A stretch of 64,000 nt of DNA, taken from NCBI GenBank assembly GCA_035624085.1, contig DASPSE010000411.1, positions 32,233-96,232 of the forward strand, in the 5' to 3' direction. The notes beneath the pieces are model-generated. The model made no database searches. It was given only the letters and a program-made list of their open reading frames with translations, and was not told the origin of the DNA. The position numbers and the translations under genes were made by a program. Shown piece after piece: positions 19,490-29,320 of this stretch; within the stretch, counting starts at the first letter, position 1; each line of letters opens with the position of its first letter. The DNA is from Terriglobales bacterium. GTDB lineage: Bacteria; Acidobacteriota; Terriglobia; Terriglobales; Acidobacteriaceae.

Positions 19490-22117
19490 CTAATCGGTCA
19501 TTCCTGTCTCGGGGTAATAGAGCGCATTTAAGAACAGCTTGTAGGTGGCATGGCTCTGGGCACGGAAAAGCGGACGAAAGCCGAACATCACGATACGGCC
19601 CTTGCCGTCCTTTATGTCGACAACAGCCGCCTTGCCCGTCATCCTTTCGCCACCAACAATCCAACCCGAAAGAAGTTCGTTCTCGCCTGGATAGCTTGCT
19701 GCGATACGTGACTCCACGTTCACTCTGCCCGAATCGAAAATATCCATGGCGAGACTGTTGGCCCCGCCTGGCCGCGAACCGCTAAACATTACCGCGCCCT
19801 CGGTTGGCATGCCGAAGCCCAAAGGCTCGTTGGGATCTACGGTGATACGGATAATTGAGTTCGGTACGAAGAACTTCGAATGATCCACATCTCCCAGAGC
19901 ATCGCGAACCGGCACTTGGAGATCCTTCATCGCCAAACCGCAGGCCTCGTTCACCGTTACAAGCGTCCCGCCGGACTTGATGAAGTCCTTGATCGCGCGC
20001 AGGCCTTCTTCGCCGATCCCGCCCGTGTATTCTGGCGGGAGATTGGGTTCGATGTCCGGCCTCCCAGGTTGCGGTCCCCGCTTACCCGTCACGATCGTGT
20101 CGCGGCTTTCGGCGGGAAGAATCAGCACGTCGAACCTATTCGCCAGTCCGCCCTCTTTCACGTCCTGGTTGTGCAGCGTCACGTAGGGAATGTGCAGATC
20201 GTCGAGCACATAGCGTGTCCAGCCTTCGTCCATGCTGCTTTGGTACGACTGATAGAGGCCAATGCGCGGCGCCTTGAGGTTGCCGAGTTTCATCCCCTGC
20301 GTGCTGTTCAGCGCCGCCGGCGTGATGTGCCATTTGCTGAGCAGATCGGAGATGACGCTCTGCCCCTCACCATCCTGTTTGATGACGAAGGCCCCGGGAG
20401 CCAAGGTCTTCTGTCCCAGAGTAGCCGGCGCGAGTGTCCGCCCGACACTACCACCGTGGGCCAGCACTCCGGCCGCTACCGCATAGGAGGCGTTTAAGCT
20501 GGGATCGAGTACTACGTAGGCCGGATTGCCGGACGGCGTCTTGCCGGCAGGATAGACAGCCTCTTCAACTGGCTTGGTGCGTACATTGATGGGTTCGCTG
20601 ATGCGGTTGGTACTCACGCCCATCAGATACGGCAGTGTCCACCCACTGTTGTCATAAGGTGCAATCGGCGGTCCGTCCGGATACTGGCGGATATCCGGGT
20701 ACTTCTGCCGGTCCAGCAGCGTGATTGCCTGCGCACGATAGGGCTGGGCCAGCGGCACGATGAAGGAACCAACGGGATAGCTCTTACCCCCAGCCACAAA
20801 TGCGTCCTGAGCCTGCTTCACTTCGAGCCCGCCCATCAGCAAAGCATTCACCATCTTGATCGCTGTTAGCGAGTCGTGTTGTTCGGCCGAAATCACGAAC
20901 CCGCCTTCGCCGCCTGGCGCCTCAATACCTTCCTTGTTCATCTTGTAGAAGTTAAGAAGGAAGTCGGTCTTATGCTCATGGGCAGTGCGGATAGCGGCAA
21001 AGTTCAAAATCAGCTCATTGTCCACGATGTCCTGAAGGCGCCACCAGCCGCCCAGCCAAGGATGTGGGGTGTTTACGCCTATTCTCGTCAAATCGTCGGG
21101 AAGCTGATTAGGAGAAATGAAGATCGGGGTGGCCACTCGTGCGCTTGCCGCTTCCGTCAAGAAACTCACTATGTTATGAGTCCACGCTACCTCGTCTTCT
21201 CCACCGGTCCACCAACCCGTGTACCCTTCATTATGGGTGATGCCAGTCTTACCGGCCTCATCGAGGGCGTAGCGCATGTTAGCGCCCATGACCTCAATGC
21301 CTGTCCATACCAGGGAGTTAACGTCGGGAAGGAACGGATCGCCGTAAGGAGAAATAAACTGACGGGGGCTGGTGATCCCGCTCTGATGCTCTGAGATAAA
21401 AATCTGGGGCAACCAGTCTCGGAACAGCACGCCACCTTCGGCCCGGACTTCCGGCAGGTTGAACATGTAGAAGTCGCGGTTGTCGTCATGGCCGGCATAA
21501 TGATGGTAAAGCCACGGCATAGGCCCGCCCTCATATTCGGTGCCAACATACTTGCGGTACCATTCTGTCACCATCTGCTCGCCATCCGGGTTCACGCTCG
21601 GGATCAGAAGAACAATGACGTCGCTTAAGACTTTTTCCACGTCAAACGGAGCATCGCCCTTGGCCAGCCGGTACGCCAGCTCGAGCGACATCTGGCTGGC
21701 ACCGATCTCAGTTGAGTGAATGTTGCATCCCATGGCGATGATGACTCCGCCCTCTGCGGCGAGCTTAGCGGCCCCCTCCGGCGTGAGGCCGCGTGCGTCA
21801 CGCAACTGATGGCTGATTTGTTTATATCGATCCAAGTTCTTCATGTTCTCGGCCGTAGTGATGATCGCCATCATGTCCCGCTTCTTCAGGACCGTTTCGC
21901 CAATTTGAATTACCTTGACGCGAGGTGACTCGGAAGCCAGCATCTGGAGGTATCCCACGATTTGGGCGTAATCAGCGAGCTTGCGATCCGTTCCAGAGCG
22001 GAAGCCCAGGTACTGCTCGGGCGAGGTCTGCGCCAACCCGAGGAAGGGCAGCAAGAGCCAAATCGCCATTAAGCCGATGACGGCTCTACTGCAACGATGT
22101 TTATGAACGGCACCCAT
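19490..22117 (-). CDS. M14 family zinc carboxypeptidase, large multidomain form
   Basis: Signal peptide (..LLLPFLGLAQT); M14 zinc motif HSTEIGASQM (HxxE); LIPSVNPDG; YAGHDDNRDF. Has a long C-terminal extension. ATG at 22117 preferred over TTG at 22183. Confidence 0.85.
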   Translation of the reverse strand: MGAVHKHRCSRAVIGLMAIWLLLPFLGLAQTSPEQYLGFRSGTDRKLADYAQIVGYLQMLASESPRVKVIQIGETVLKKRDMMAIITTAENMKNLDRYKQISHQLRDARGLTPEGAAKLAAEGGVIIAMGCNIHSTEIGASQMSLELAYRLAKGDAPFDVEKVLSDVIVLLIPSVNPDGEQMVTEWYRKYVGTEYEGGPMPWLYHHYAGHDDNRDFYMFNLPEVRAEGGVLFRDWLPQIFISEHQSGITSPRQFISPYGDPFLPDVNSLVWTGIEVMGANMRYALDEAGKTGITHNEGYTGWWTGGEDEVAWTHNIVSFLTEAASARVATPIFISPNQLPDDLTRIGVNTPHPWLGGWWRLQDIVDNELILNFAAIRTAHEHKTDFLLNFYKMNKEGIEAPGGEGGFVISAEQHDSLTAIKMVNALLMGGLEVKQAQDAFVAGGKSYPVGSFIVPLAQPYRAQAITLLDRQKYPDIRQYPDGPPIAPYDNSGWTLPYLMGVSTNRISEPINVRTKPVEEAVYPAGKTPSGNPAYVVLDPSLNASYAVAAGVLAHGGSVGRTLAPATLGQKTLAPGAFVIKQDGEGQSVISDLLSKWHITPAALNSTQGMKLGNLKAPRIGLYQSYQSSMDEGWTRYVLDDLHIPYVTLHNQDVKEGGLANRFDVLILPAESRDTIVTGKRGPQPGRPDIEPNLPPEYTGGIGEEGLRAIKDFIKSGGTLVTVNEACGLAMKDLQVPVRDALGDVDHSKFFVPNSIIRITVDPNEPLGFGMPTEGAVMFSGSRPGGANSLAMDIFDSGRVNVESRIAASYPGENELLSGWIVGGERMTGKAAVVDIKDGKGRIVMFGFRPLFRAQSHATYKLFLNALYYPETGMTD

Positions 22118-22225
22118 GGTTCCCCCAAGTCTCTCGCGGGGACCTACAGGTGTAACGCCTAGGCTTACCCGCCGGATGTCCAAATCACCGATTCGCCTTC
22201 CCCCGTGCCGGATCTTGTCAGACTG

Positions 22226-23605
22226 TCATCGCGCTTTTGCGCGAGCCCACGCCAGCACCTGAATCGCTTTGGCCATGGCTGGATCCTTCCCCGTGGCCAG
22301 ATCGGAAGCGGAAAACAACGGAATCTCTATGTCAGGCGGAATTCCAGGCCCATCAAACGCCTTCCCCTCCGGCGTCAGAAAAACCTCATTGGGCAACCCG
22401 AATCTCCACCCATTGGGAAGTCTGCGGCCAAAAACATCAGAGAACACTCCTTGCGTGTTCTCGCCGATGCGCGTGATGTGCGGCGTCCGGCCCATCAGCG
22501 CCTGCGTGAAAGTTTCCCCGGCACTCACCGTACTGGGCCCGGTCAGCTCCACTACCGGACCCAGGAAGTGGGGCCGCGTACTTGGCTTGACGATACTCGG
22601 ATCACCGGGCGTCCAATTATTACGATCCACGGGATCGGCCCGAGCAACTTTGTTGTATGCCAAATACTCGTGCGTGGCCAGCCGGGACGCAATCGCCAGC
22701 CCGAGGGGATCCGCTCCACCACTGTTGATCCGGACATCGATCACGAGAGCCTTTAGATTTGGGTCCGAAAAGATTGTGTCCAGCGCGTTCTCCAGCTCTG
22801 CCAGGTCCGATTCGAATTCACCAGTGGCACTATACCCCTCGAAGGAGAGAATTCTGAGATATCCCGTGGCTGTATCGATGTGGCCGTACTGAACCTGATC
22901 TAGACAAAACTTGCGCAAGGGCCCCGTCACATATGCGCTGTCGGTGACCTTCAGCACAGACTGCGGCGAGCGTTTGATGCCTAGACGAAATCCCTGAAAG
23001 CTCATCCCGATGCCTGGGGCATCGATGCTCGTATGCGCGTCACCAAAAGGCTGAATCATGCCCGCAAGGATGGCGAACAGGTCGATTGGGCTCGTCTCCG
23101 CCGTGACCTTCGGCCGGTTGGCGGTCACCAACTTGCCCCAATCCACATGCTTGAGATCGAACGAAATGTATTGCTCCGCCCAGGTTCTGGTAAACACCTC
23201 GAAGTTATCCTGAGGCGTGTCCGGAGTGAGATGGTCGCAAACCGCCGGCATGCAGGAGATGCGTTCCATCCGGATATCGGAAGCCGCGCCTTCCAGATGC
23301 AAGCGTTTGTGATCGTTGCTACCGTTCAAGCGGATAAAAAACTCCTGCGAATCAGTGTCGAAGTCTTCGTTTGCCCTGAAAGTGGCTTCCCGGTCCCCGG
23401 TGGCGCCGGTCGAGCGAGTCGCGCTGAAACCAGCCACGCAGGTTGTCGAGGTGACCTCAAACGTCTTCCAATCCGCGCCCTTGACAACAAAGACGTTGCC
23501 GTAACCCTCACTGCGCCACACCCCATCCAGCGACTGTGCCGCCAGGGGCAGGCAGGAAATCAACGAAATCAAGACCATTTCGGCCGAGCGGATTCTCATT
23601 TTCAC
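22226..23605 (-). CDS. S41 family peptidase (tail-specific / tricorn-core type), paralog a
   Basis: 459 aa with signal peptide. LVIDVRINSGGADPLGLAIASRL and TGPSTVSAGETF (Ser nucleophile motif). Near-duplicate of 23815-25239. Confidence 0.85.
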   Translation of the reverse strand: MKMRIRSAEMVLISLISCLPLAAQSLDGVWRSEGYGNVFVVKGADWKTFEVTSTTCVAGFSATRSTGATGDREATFRANEDFDTDSQEFFIRLNGSNDHKRLHLEGAASDIRMERISCMPAVCDHLTPDTPQDNFEVFTRTWAEQYISFDLKHVDWGKLVTANRPKVTAETSPIDLFAILAGMIQPFGDAHTSIDAPGIGMSFQGFRLGIKRSPQSVLKVTDSAYVTGPLRKFCLDQVQYGHIDTATGYLRILSFEGYSATGEFESDLAELENALDTIFSDPNLKALVIDVRINSGGADPLGLAIASRLATHEYLAYNKVARADPVDRNNWTPGDPSIVKPSTRPHFLGPVVELTGPSTVSAGETFTQALMGRTPHITRIGENTQGVFSDVFGRRLPNGWRFGLPNEVFLTPEGKAFDGPGIPPDIEIPLFSASDLATGKDPAMAKAIQVLAWARAKAR

Positions 23606-23639
23606 AAACTATCTCCCAAGAGTGTTTAAGAGCGCTGCA

Positions 23640-23790
23640 TCAGAATGCGATCCGGGCGCTTAACTGAAGAGAGCACTCCTCAATGCAAACTTCTTGAACT
23701 GCGATACCGAGATGGCCTGTGTTCCGGAACCGAATCCGCGTAAGAACGGGATTCGCGCAAGAACATCTCCGGGTGACGTCTTCGCAACAG
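23640..23790 (-). pseudogene. Remnant of the 3' end of a TonB-dependent receptor gene
   Basis: tcagaatgcgatccgggcgcttaac matches the last 25 nt of TBDR2 (25417..) and TBDR3 (31419..). It translates to ..LQLSARIAF* (compare MMLSARITF*, MQISARITF*). Another frame gives GSGTQAISVSQFKKF (compare GPGTQAVSLSLFKS). An internal deletion separates the two pieces. Confidence 0.6.
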
Positions 23791-23814
23791 CTTGTCCCAG
23801 CTTCGTCCGATAAC

Positions 23815-25239
23815 TTATTTTCCTGCCGACGCTCGGGTAGCACCGCCAGTGGGCGTATGTGCCTTGATCGAAGCAAGCACCTCAATCGCTTTGGCCATCG
23901 CTGGATCCTTCCCCGCGGCCAGATCGGAAGCGGCGAACACCGGAACCTCTATGTCAGGCGGAATTCCAGGCCCATCAAACGCTTTCCCCTCCGATGTTAG
24001 GAAGACCTCATTGGGCAAGCCAAATCTCCACCCATTGGGAAGTCTGCGGCCCAAAACGTCAGAGAACACTCCTTGCGTGTTCTCGCCGATGCGAGTGATG
24101 TGCGGCGTCCGCCCCATCAGCGCCTGGGTGAAGGTTTCTCCGGCGCTCACCGTGCTCGGTCCAGTCAATTCCACCACCGGACCGCGAAATCCCGGCCGCG
24201 TACCTGGCTTGACGACGCTCGGATCGGTGGGCGTCCACTTATTACGATCGGCGGGATCGGCGCGAGCGACTTTGTTGTAAGCCAAATACTCGCGGGTCGC
24301 CAGACGGGATGCAATCGCCAGCCCGTAGGGATCGGATCCACCACTGTTGATCCGGACATCAATCACCAGCGCTTTCATGCTCGTATCGGAAAAGATTGTG
24401 TCCAGCGCGTTCTCCAACTCCGCCAGACCAGATGCAAAATCGCCGGCAGCACTGAAGCCGCTAAACGAAAGAATCCTGAGGTATCCGGTGGCTTCGTCAA
24501 TATGGCCGTACTGCACCTGGTTTTCGCAAAACTTCTGCAATGGGCTTTTCAGGTATGCACTGTCGGTGACCGTCAGCGCATCCTTCTGCGAGCGTTCGAC
24601 GCCCAGCCGGAATCCGTGAAAGCTCATCCCGATGGCCGGGGCGTTGATGCTCGTATGCGCGTCACCAAAAGGCTGAATCATGCCCGCAAGGATGGCGAAC
24701 AGGTCGATTGGTCTCGTCTCGGCCGTGACCTTCGGCCGGTTGGCGGCCACCACCTTGTCCCAATCCACATGCTTGAGATCGAACGAAATGTATTGCTCCG
24801 CCCAGGTTCTGGCAAACACTTCGAAGTTGTCGGGGAGGGTGTCGGGCGTGGGATGGTCGCATATCGCTGGCATCCGTGAAAGGCGATCGATCCGCATGTC
24901 CGAGGCTGAGCCATCGAAATGCAATACCTTGTGGTCGTTGCTGCCACCAGGTCGCAAGAAGAACGGCCGACCCTCTTTTGTTTTGAAAGTGGCCTCGCGG
25001 TCCGACATTGCGTCTCCGGAGCGAGTTGCAGTGAATCCTGGCACGCAAGTGGTGGACGTGATTTCGAAGGCTTCCCATTCCCCGCCTCGAACATTGAAGG
25101 CGTAGCCATAGCCCTCGCTGCGCCATGTTCCATCAAGCAATTGCCCGGTAGCTGGCGCAACCGAAAGGAGAGCGGCAGCAAGCAGAATAGGAATCTGAAT
25201 GGCCCATCGCATCACGTTCTTACTTAACCGGCTTGCCAT
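23815..25239 (-). CDS. S41 family peptidase, paralog b
   Basis: 474 aa with the same motifs as paralog a (LVIDVRINSGGSDPYGLAIASRL, TGPSTVSAGETF). Colinear and highly similar to paralog a at both protein and DNA level. Confidence 0.85.
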   Translation of the reverse strand: MASRLSKNVMRWAIQIPILLAAALLSVAPATGQLLDGTWRSEGYGYAFNVRGGEWEAFEITSTTCVPGFTATRSGDAMSDREATFKTKEGRPFFLRPGGSNDHKVLHFDGSASDMRIDRLSRMPAICDHPTPDTLPDNFEVFARTWAEQYISFDLKHVDWDKVVAANRPKVTAETRPIDLFAILAGMIQPFGDAHTSINAPAIGMSFHGFRLGVERSQKDALTVTDSAYLKSPLQKFCENQVQYGHIDEATGYLRILSFSGFSAAGDFASGLAELENALDTIFSDTSMKALVIDVRINSGGSDPYGLAIASRLATREYLAYNKVARADPADRNKWTPTDPSVVKPGTRPGFRGPVVELTGPSTVSAGETFTQALMGRTPHITRIGENTQGVFSDVLGRRLPNGWRFGLPNEVFLTSEGKAFDGPGIPPDIEVPVFAASDLAAGKDPAMAKAIEVLASIKAHTPTGGATRASAGK

Positions 25240-25416
25240 ATCGCCTCCCAGGAGATGTGGTCACTTTCATGACCCGCAGTAAACATGGGACTCATCGTTC
25301 TGAATTCCAATCCCTGCCTCGCCTTTGCGAACGCTGCGGGTGGGCAGTCGATGCGTGGCGCGTCCTGCCATCATCACCGGACCCGATTTGAGAGCCGGAC
25401 TGTTGTGAACGCCCAA

Positions 25417-28400
25417 TCAGAAAGTGATCCGGGCGCTTAACATCATTTGACGCGGACCTGCGGCGTCGACGGTTTGTACGTTTGAGATCGTGTTGAAATT
25501 GGGCAGGCCAATATCCAGATTTGTTGGCGGCTGATAGTTGGGATGGTTGAACACGTTCGCTACCGATGCTCCCAGTCTAAATTGCACCCGCTCCTGATAG
25601 AGTGGAATCGATTTGAATAGCGACAAAGATACGGCTTGGGTGCCAGGACCGACCACCGAACCCACCTGCGAGTCCCCAAAGCGGCCAATGTTGTTCGCCG
25701 GAACTGAAAAGGCTGCGGGGTTGATCCACTCGTTAATCGACTTATGTGCGGGATACAGAGGTACCCCGGGAACTCTATCTGCGCGCTCGTCGGTTCCATT
25801 GATAATGTCCCAGCCCGTTCCGGAGGGATCGACGCCATTTGCCTGTACCGACAAGAAAGGCCCCGTCTGGAACAACACAACGCCAGCCAGTTCCCATCGG
25901 CTCACGACCTGGTCGAGCAGCGCATTGCTCTTGTAGGTGAACGGTAAATTGTAAATGAAGGTGGTCTGGAAGCGTTGGCGGCGAGTGAAAGAGACGTTGC
26001 CGTAGTCATAGTTTATATCGTAGATATTGCTCGGAACGCCTCCATCGTCGCCTGAGGTGAACGAGCGTGGAGAGGCGCCTTCGACATTGGACAAGTTTAC
26101 AGCGTGGTTGTAGCTGGCTTCGAACTGGAGGCCATGGGAAAAGCGCTTGTTTAGATCGATCGTAAAGGCTTCGTAATTGGTTCGCCCCCCGGTTGCATAA
26201 TCATAGATCGGGCCAATTTGAGGAAATGGCTCTGTTGCTGCCACCGCGGCATAACCTAGCGTGTTGGGTTGAACTTGATTGATCTGCGGCAAGTAGCCCT
26301 GCTGGCTGCCATGACTTCCGTCATAGGTGAGCCGGAGACCGGTTTGGAAACCGAGGTCGCGCTCGTAGGTCAGGTTCCACTGGTGAACACGGGGATCCAG
26401 ATGATGATAATCATAGGCATCACAGATAATGTCGGTTCCCGGCACCGCTTGCGGGGTGGGGAAAGGATGTGGGCTCGAGGCAGTTAATGATAAAGCCGGG
26501 ATGTTGCCGTTCGGCCCGCTAAAGCTATTCGTGAAGAAACCATCAAAACCGGACTCAATGGCGAACATACCTTGGATGACTTCGCTATAGAGCGTCTGGT
26601 AGTAGAGTCCATAGCCGCCTCGCAGAACGTTCTTGCTATCCCTGGTAATGCGCCATGCAAACCCAAGTCGTGGGCCAAAATCGGTTGTCGGTGTATAACG
26701 CCCGATCGGCGGAAGTCCTAGCTGCGACGCGAGTACGAGGGGCGTCGGAGCGAGGGAAGTCGCCACGTTCGGATTCACGTAACCGGCCGCTATTTGATTC
26801 GGCAGCACGAAATCGCCATGCACTGATCCGACGCCGGTGCTGCTTGGACAAACTGAAGGCACGTACGTGTTTATTGTAGCGTTGCAGTTGATAGGGGTAT
26901 AGATGTTCGGATCGAAGTTCGCCTCGTTCCAGCCGTAATCCTGCATGACGGGCTGATATTCCCAGCGCAGACCGAAGTTGAGCGTGAGGCTCGGCGTCAC
27001 TTTCCAACTGTCCTGGCCGAAGAAAGCCCAAATGTTCGACCAACCGTCAAATGGATCCTTGGTGCTTGTCGCAACCGCCGTTTCATCCGGGATTCCCAGC
27101 AGAAAAGCGGCAAACGGATTCCCAATCAATGATGCGCTTTCGGAGTTATTGAAATCATACGATCCATAGCGGTTCTGGAATGAGTTGGAGCGATAGGCGG
27201 TCAGGTGCTGGAAACTTCCGCCGAATTTAAACGTGTGATTGCCCCGCACGATTGTCAGGTTATCGAGCGCTTGGACGACTCCGCTCCTTTGCACCTGGTC
27301 GTAAATGCTGGATGTCCCTGTGAAACCAGAAATCTCGAAATCCGGAATGACATTGAAACTGGGCGGCGGGAAACCAGTGGGTAGCAGTGTACTGAGACCG
27401 ATTTGTTGGGCAACGGTAGCGCCTAACAATTTGTTAAACCCAAAGTTCTGGGGCGAGCCGCTCCAGCCCGCGCGGATTTCATTGACCACATTCGAGTTAA
27501 AAACGTAGTTGTAGGCGCCCATCACAGCCCAGTATTTCTGGTAAGTAGTAAAGGGACCCGCCAAGGGTGTGCCGGCGTTATCCTCACCGTTCAGATTTAG
27601 CGCTATTGCGTTGGGTGTTTGCGATAAATTTCTGATCTTGTAAGTCCCCCGGATGAACAACGACTGCTTCGCGTTGATGACCTCATCGAGCCGCAAATCG
27701 CCCTGGTTGCTGCTGATCGGGGTAGGAAAATTCTGGACATAGTTATTCACGATAGAGTTGGCTGGCCCGGTATTCGGCAGCGGGAACATGTACTGCAGCA
27801 CGTTTTGCGCGTATGGCGAGATCAGGTTCTTTGGAATTTGGTTGCTGGGGAAGAACGTACATGGCGGCGAGCTGCATGCCGTGTCAGTGGGGCTGAAGGG
27901 ATTGCCAATTGGTGTCGTAAAAACGGAAAGATCGCCACTGCGCATCGCTAGCGACGGCACGCTGTCGACTATCACGGTCTGGTTGGGCAGACGCAATCCC
28001 TCGTATGCCATGAAGAAAAACGTCCGGTCCTTCACGATGGCCCCGCCGAGACTGGCCCCGAAATCGTTCATATGGAGCGCTGGAAGCGTGTGGCTGATCG
28101 GGTTCCGGGCGTCGAAATCAGTGTTCATAAAATTGTCGTAAGCGTTGCCGTGAAACGTATTGGTGCCGCTTTTGCTGATGGTGGTGACATTGGCTACGGA
28201 GCCGTATTCCGCTGTGTTGTCGCTTTCATTGATGTGAATTTCCGAGATGGCGTCAAACGCCGGAAACAGCTCCGTCGCTGGGCCCTGGGCAAAAGGGCTT
28301 TGGGTGCTGAGGCCATCGATGCTGGTTGTCACCTGGGCCGGTCTCAAGCCGGCGACGGAAATATTGTTGCTATTGTCGATTTCCACTCCGGGCTGCGTCG

Positions 28401-28956
28401 TCAGCGTGGTCCACGCGCTTGTCGAGCCCGAAGCGCGGGTCGCGATGGCGACGGGAAGATCAACGAGTTCTTTTGACGTCTTCGTCTCGGAAATATCGGA
28501 AACCTCGGTGGAAATGGGGGCTTCTGCGGCCGCATTCACTTCGATCTTCTCGTTTGCGCTGCCCACCCTCAGGCTGCGATCAACACGGATCTTTTGCTGG
28601 GTGAGAAGCTGAATATTGGTAACTTCCTCGGACGCGAATCCCGGCGCTTCCATACGAATCTGATATCCGCCGGGCATGAGATTCAGCACCTCGTAGTTGC
28701 CGTTGGCATCGGTCTTCGTGGTTCTCCGCTCGCCAGTACCGACGTTTGTCACAGTAATCGCGACCCCCGGAACGACGGCTCCCGAGGGATCGCGCACTGT
28801 GCCGACCAGAGAACCAAAGGTTGTTTGAGCCGAACCGGTAACAATTAACAAACTCAACGTGCCGAACAAGACGCCAAAGATGAGAAGCCCCTGTAACCAG
28901 GCAGCGAATCTTTGTTCCCTCTGACGCGGAATAGCCTCTCGCGGTGAAATGGCCAT
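25417..28956 (-). CDS. TonB-dependent receptor with CarboxypepD_reg domain (TBDR2)
   Basis: 1179 aa. GTVRDPSGAVVPGVAITVTNVGTGERRTTKTDANGNYEVLNLMPGGYQIR, ISKSGTNTFHGNAYD, FFFMAYEGLR, C-terminal ..SARITF. Confidence 0.9.
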   Translation of the reverse strand: MAISPREAIPRQREQRFAAWLQGLLIFGVLFGTLSLLIVTGSAQTTFGSLVGTVRDPSGAVVPGVAITVTNVGTGERRTTKTDANGNYEVLNLMPGGYQIRMEAPGFASEEVTNIQLLTQQKIRVDRSLRVGSANEKIEVNAAAEAPISTEVSDISETKTSKELVDLPVAIATRASGSTSAWTTLTTQPGVEIDNSNNISVAGLRPAQVTTSIDGLSTQSPFAQGPATELFPAFDAISEIHINESDNTAEYGSVANVTTISKSGTNTFHGNAYDNFMNTDFDARNPISHTLPALHMNDFGASLGGAIVKDRTFFFMAYEGLRLPNQTVIVDSVPSLAMRSGDLSVFTTPIGNPFSPTDTACSSPPCTFFPSNQIPKNLISPYAQNVLQYMFPLPNTGPANSIVNNYVQNFPTPISSNQGDLRLDEVINAKQSLFIRGTYKIRNLSQTPNAIALNLNGEDNAGTPLAGPFTTYQKYWAVMGAYNYVFNSNVVNEIRAGWSGSPQNFGFNKLLGATVAQQIGLSTLLPTGFPPPSFNVIPDFEISGFTGTSSIYDQVQRSGVVQALDNLTIVRGNHTFKFGGSFQHLTAYRSNSFQNRYGSYDFNNSESASLIGNPFAAFLLGIPDETAVATSTKDPFDGWSNIWAFFGQDSWKVTPSLTLNFGLRWEYQPVMQDYGWNEANFDPNIYTPINCNATINTYVPSVCPSSTGVGSVHGDFVLPNQIAAGYVNPNVATSLAPTPLVLASQLGLPPIGRYTPTTDFGPRLGFAWRITRDSKNVLRGGYGLYYQTLYSEVIQGMFAIESGFDGFFTNSFSGPNGNIPALSLTASSPHPFPTPQAVPGTDIICDAYDYHHLDPRVHQWNLTYERDLGFQTGLRLTYDGSHGSQQGYLPQINQVQPNTLGYAAVAATEPFPQIGPIYDYATGGRTNYEAFTIDLNKRFSHGLQFEASYNHAVNLSNVEGASPRSFTSGDDGGVPSNIYDINYDYGNVSFTRRQRFQTTFIYNLPFTYKSNALLDQVVSRWELAGVVLFQTGPFLSVQANGVDPSGTGWDIINGTDERADRVPGVPLYPAHKSINEWINPAAFSVPANNIGRFGDSQVGSVVGPGTQAVSLSLFKSIPLYQERVQFRLGASVANVFNHPNYQPPTNLDIGLPNFNTISNVQTVDAAGPRQMMLSARITF

Positions 28957-29010
28957 GAGTTCCCCCTTGTCTCAGCAATACCGGCGAGTCCCCACCCCCC
29001 GTGGCTGGAA

Positions 29011-29077
29011 ACAGTAGACCCAGCTGTCAGTAGGTGTCAAGCAGAAAAATGTATACTGGAGAGCATTAATTGTGTAC
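29011..29077 (-). promoter_or_regulatory. Bipartite hexamer site plus sigma70-like promoter upstream of TBDR2
   Basis: On the gene strand: GTACAC (29072-29077), N15, GTATAC (29051-29056), N10 (atttttctgc), TTGACA (29035-29040), N18, TACTGT (29011-29016). Confidence 0.5.
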
Positions 29078-29124
29078 AGTCCCAAAAAAAATTGCTGCGC
29101 GGCGCTAGTATTTCTAGCGGTAAT

Positions 29125-29300
29125 CTACATTTTAAACACCGCTCGGGGGACTTCTTTGGGGTGGCACAGCGCCCGTCAACGGAATTGAGATTCGCTTCAA
29201 TCCGAAGGAGGAGTATGTTCCCGTTGATCACCTTCAATCCCCCCCGGCCAGAACTTCTGGCCCTTTGACCCAGGCTCGCGAGGGCAAGGCACATATCCCG
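29125..29300 (+). pseudogene. Remnant of the 3' end of a sulfite-oxidase-family gene (paralog of 35180-36364)
   Basis: About 150 nt align closely by eye with 36125-36290 (gggacttctttggggtggc..gcccgtcaa..ttgagattcgcttcaatcc..gaggagta..ccccggccagaac..ggcacatatc). It translates to ..WGGTAPVNGIEIRFNPKEEYVPVDH.., compared with ..WGGSAPVKKLEIRFNPDEEYVSVDH.., and then decays. Confidence 0.65.
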
Positions 29301-29320
29301 GCACGGGCTCCGGCATTTCA

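Larger units (their letters stand above)
25417..29300. repeat. Segmental duplication, copy A (TBDR2, its promoter/operator, and a decayed Mo-enzyme 3' end)
   Basis: Colinear with copy B, offset by about 6 kb. Long stretches are nearly identical, e.g. 25880-26000 versus 31880-32000, 26290-26390 versus 32290-32390, and 28440-28900 versus 34320-34790. Confidence 0.8.

Noticed and set aside
19880-20497. Long antisense shadow ORFs inside large genes (also 24073-24879, 33957-34781, 35099-35728, 36748-37362, 41149-41937, 54946-55611, 9329-10018)
   Set aside because: Each lies entirely opposite a gene with strong family motifs and has an Arg/Gly/His-rich, low-complexity composition with no recognisable domains. 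This is typical of stop-poor antisense frames in GC-rich genomes.
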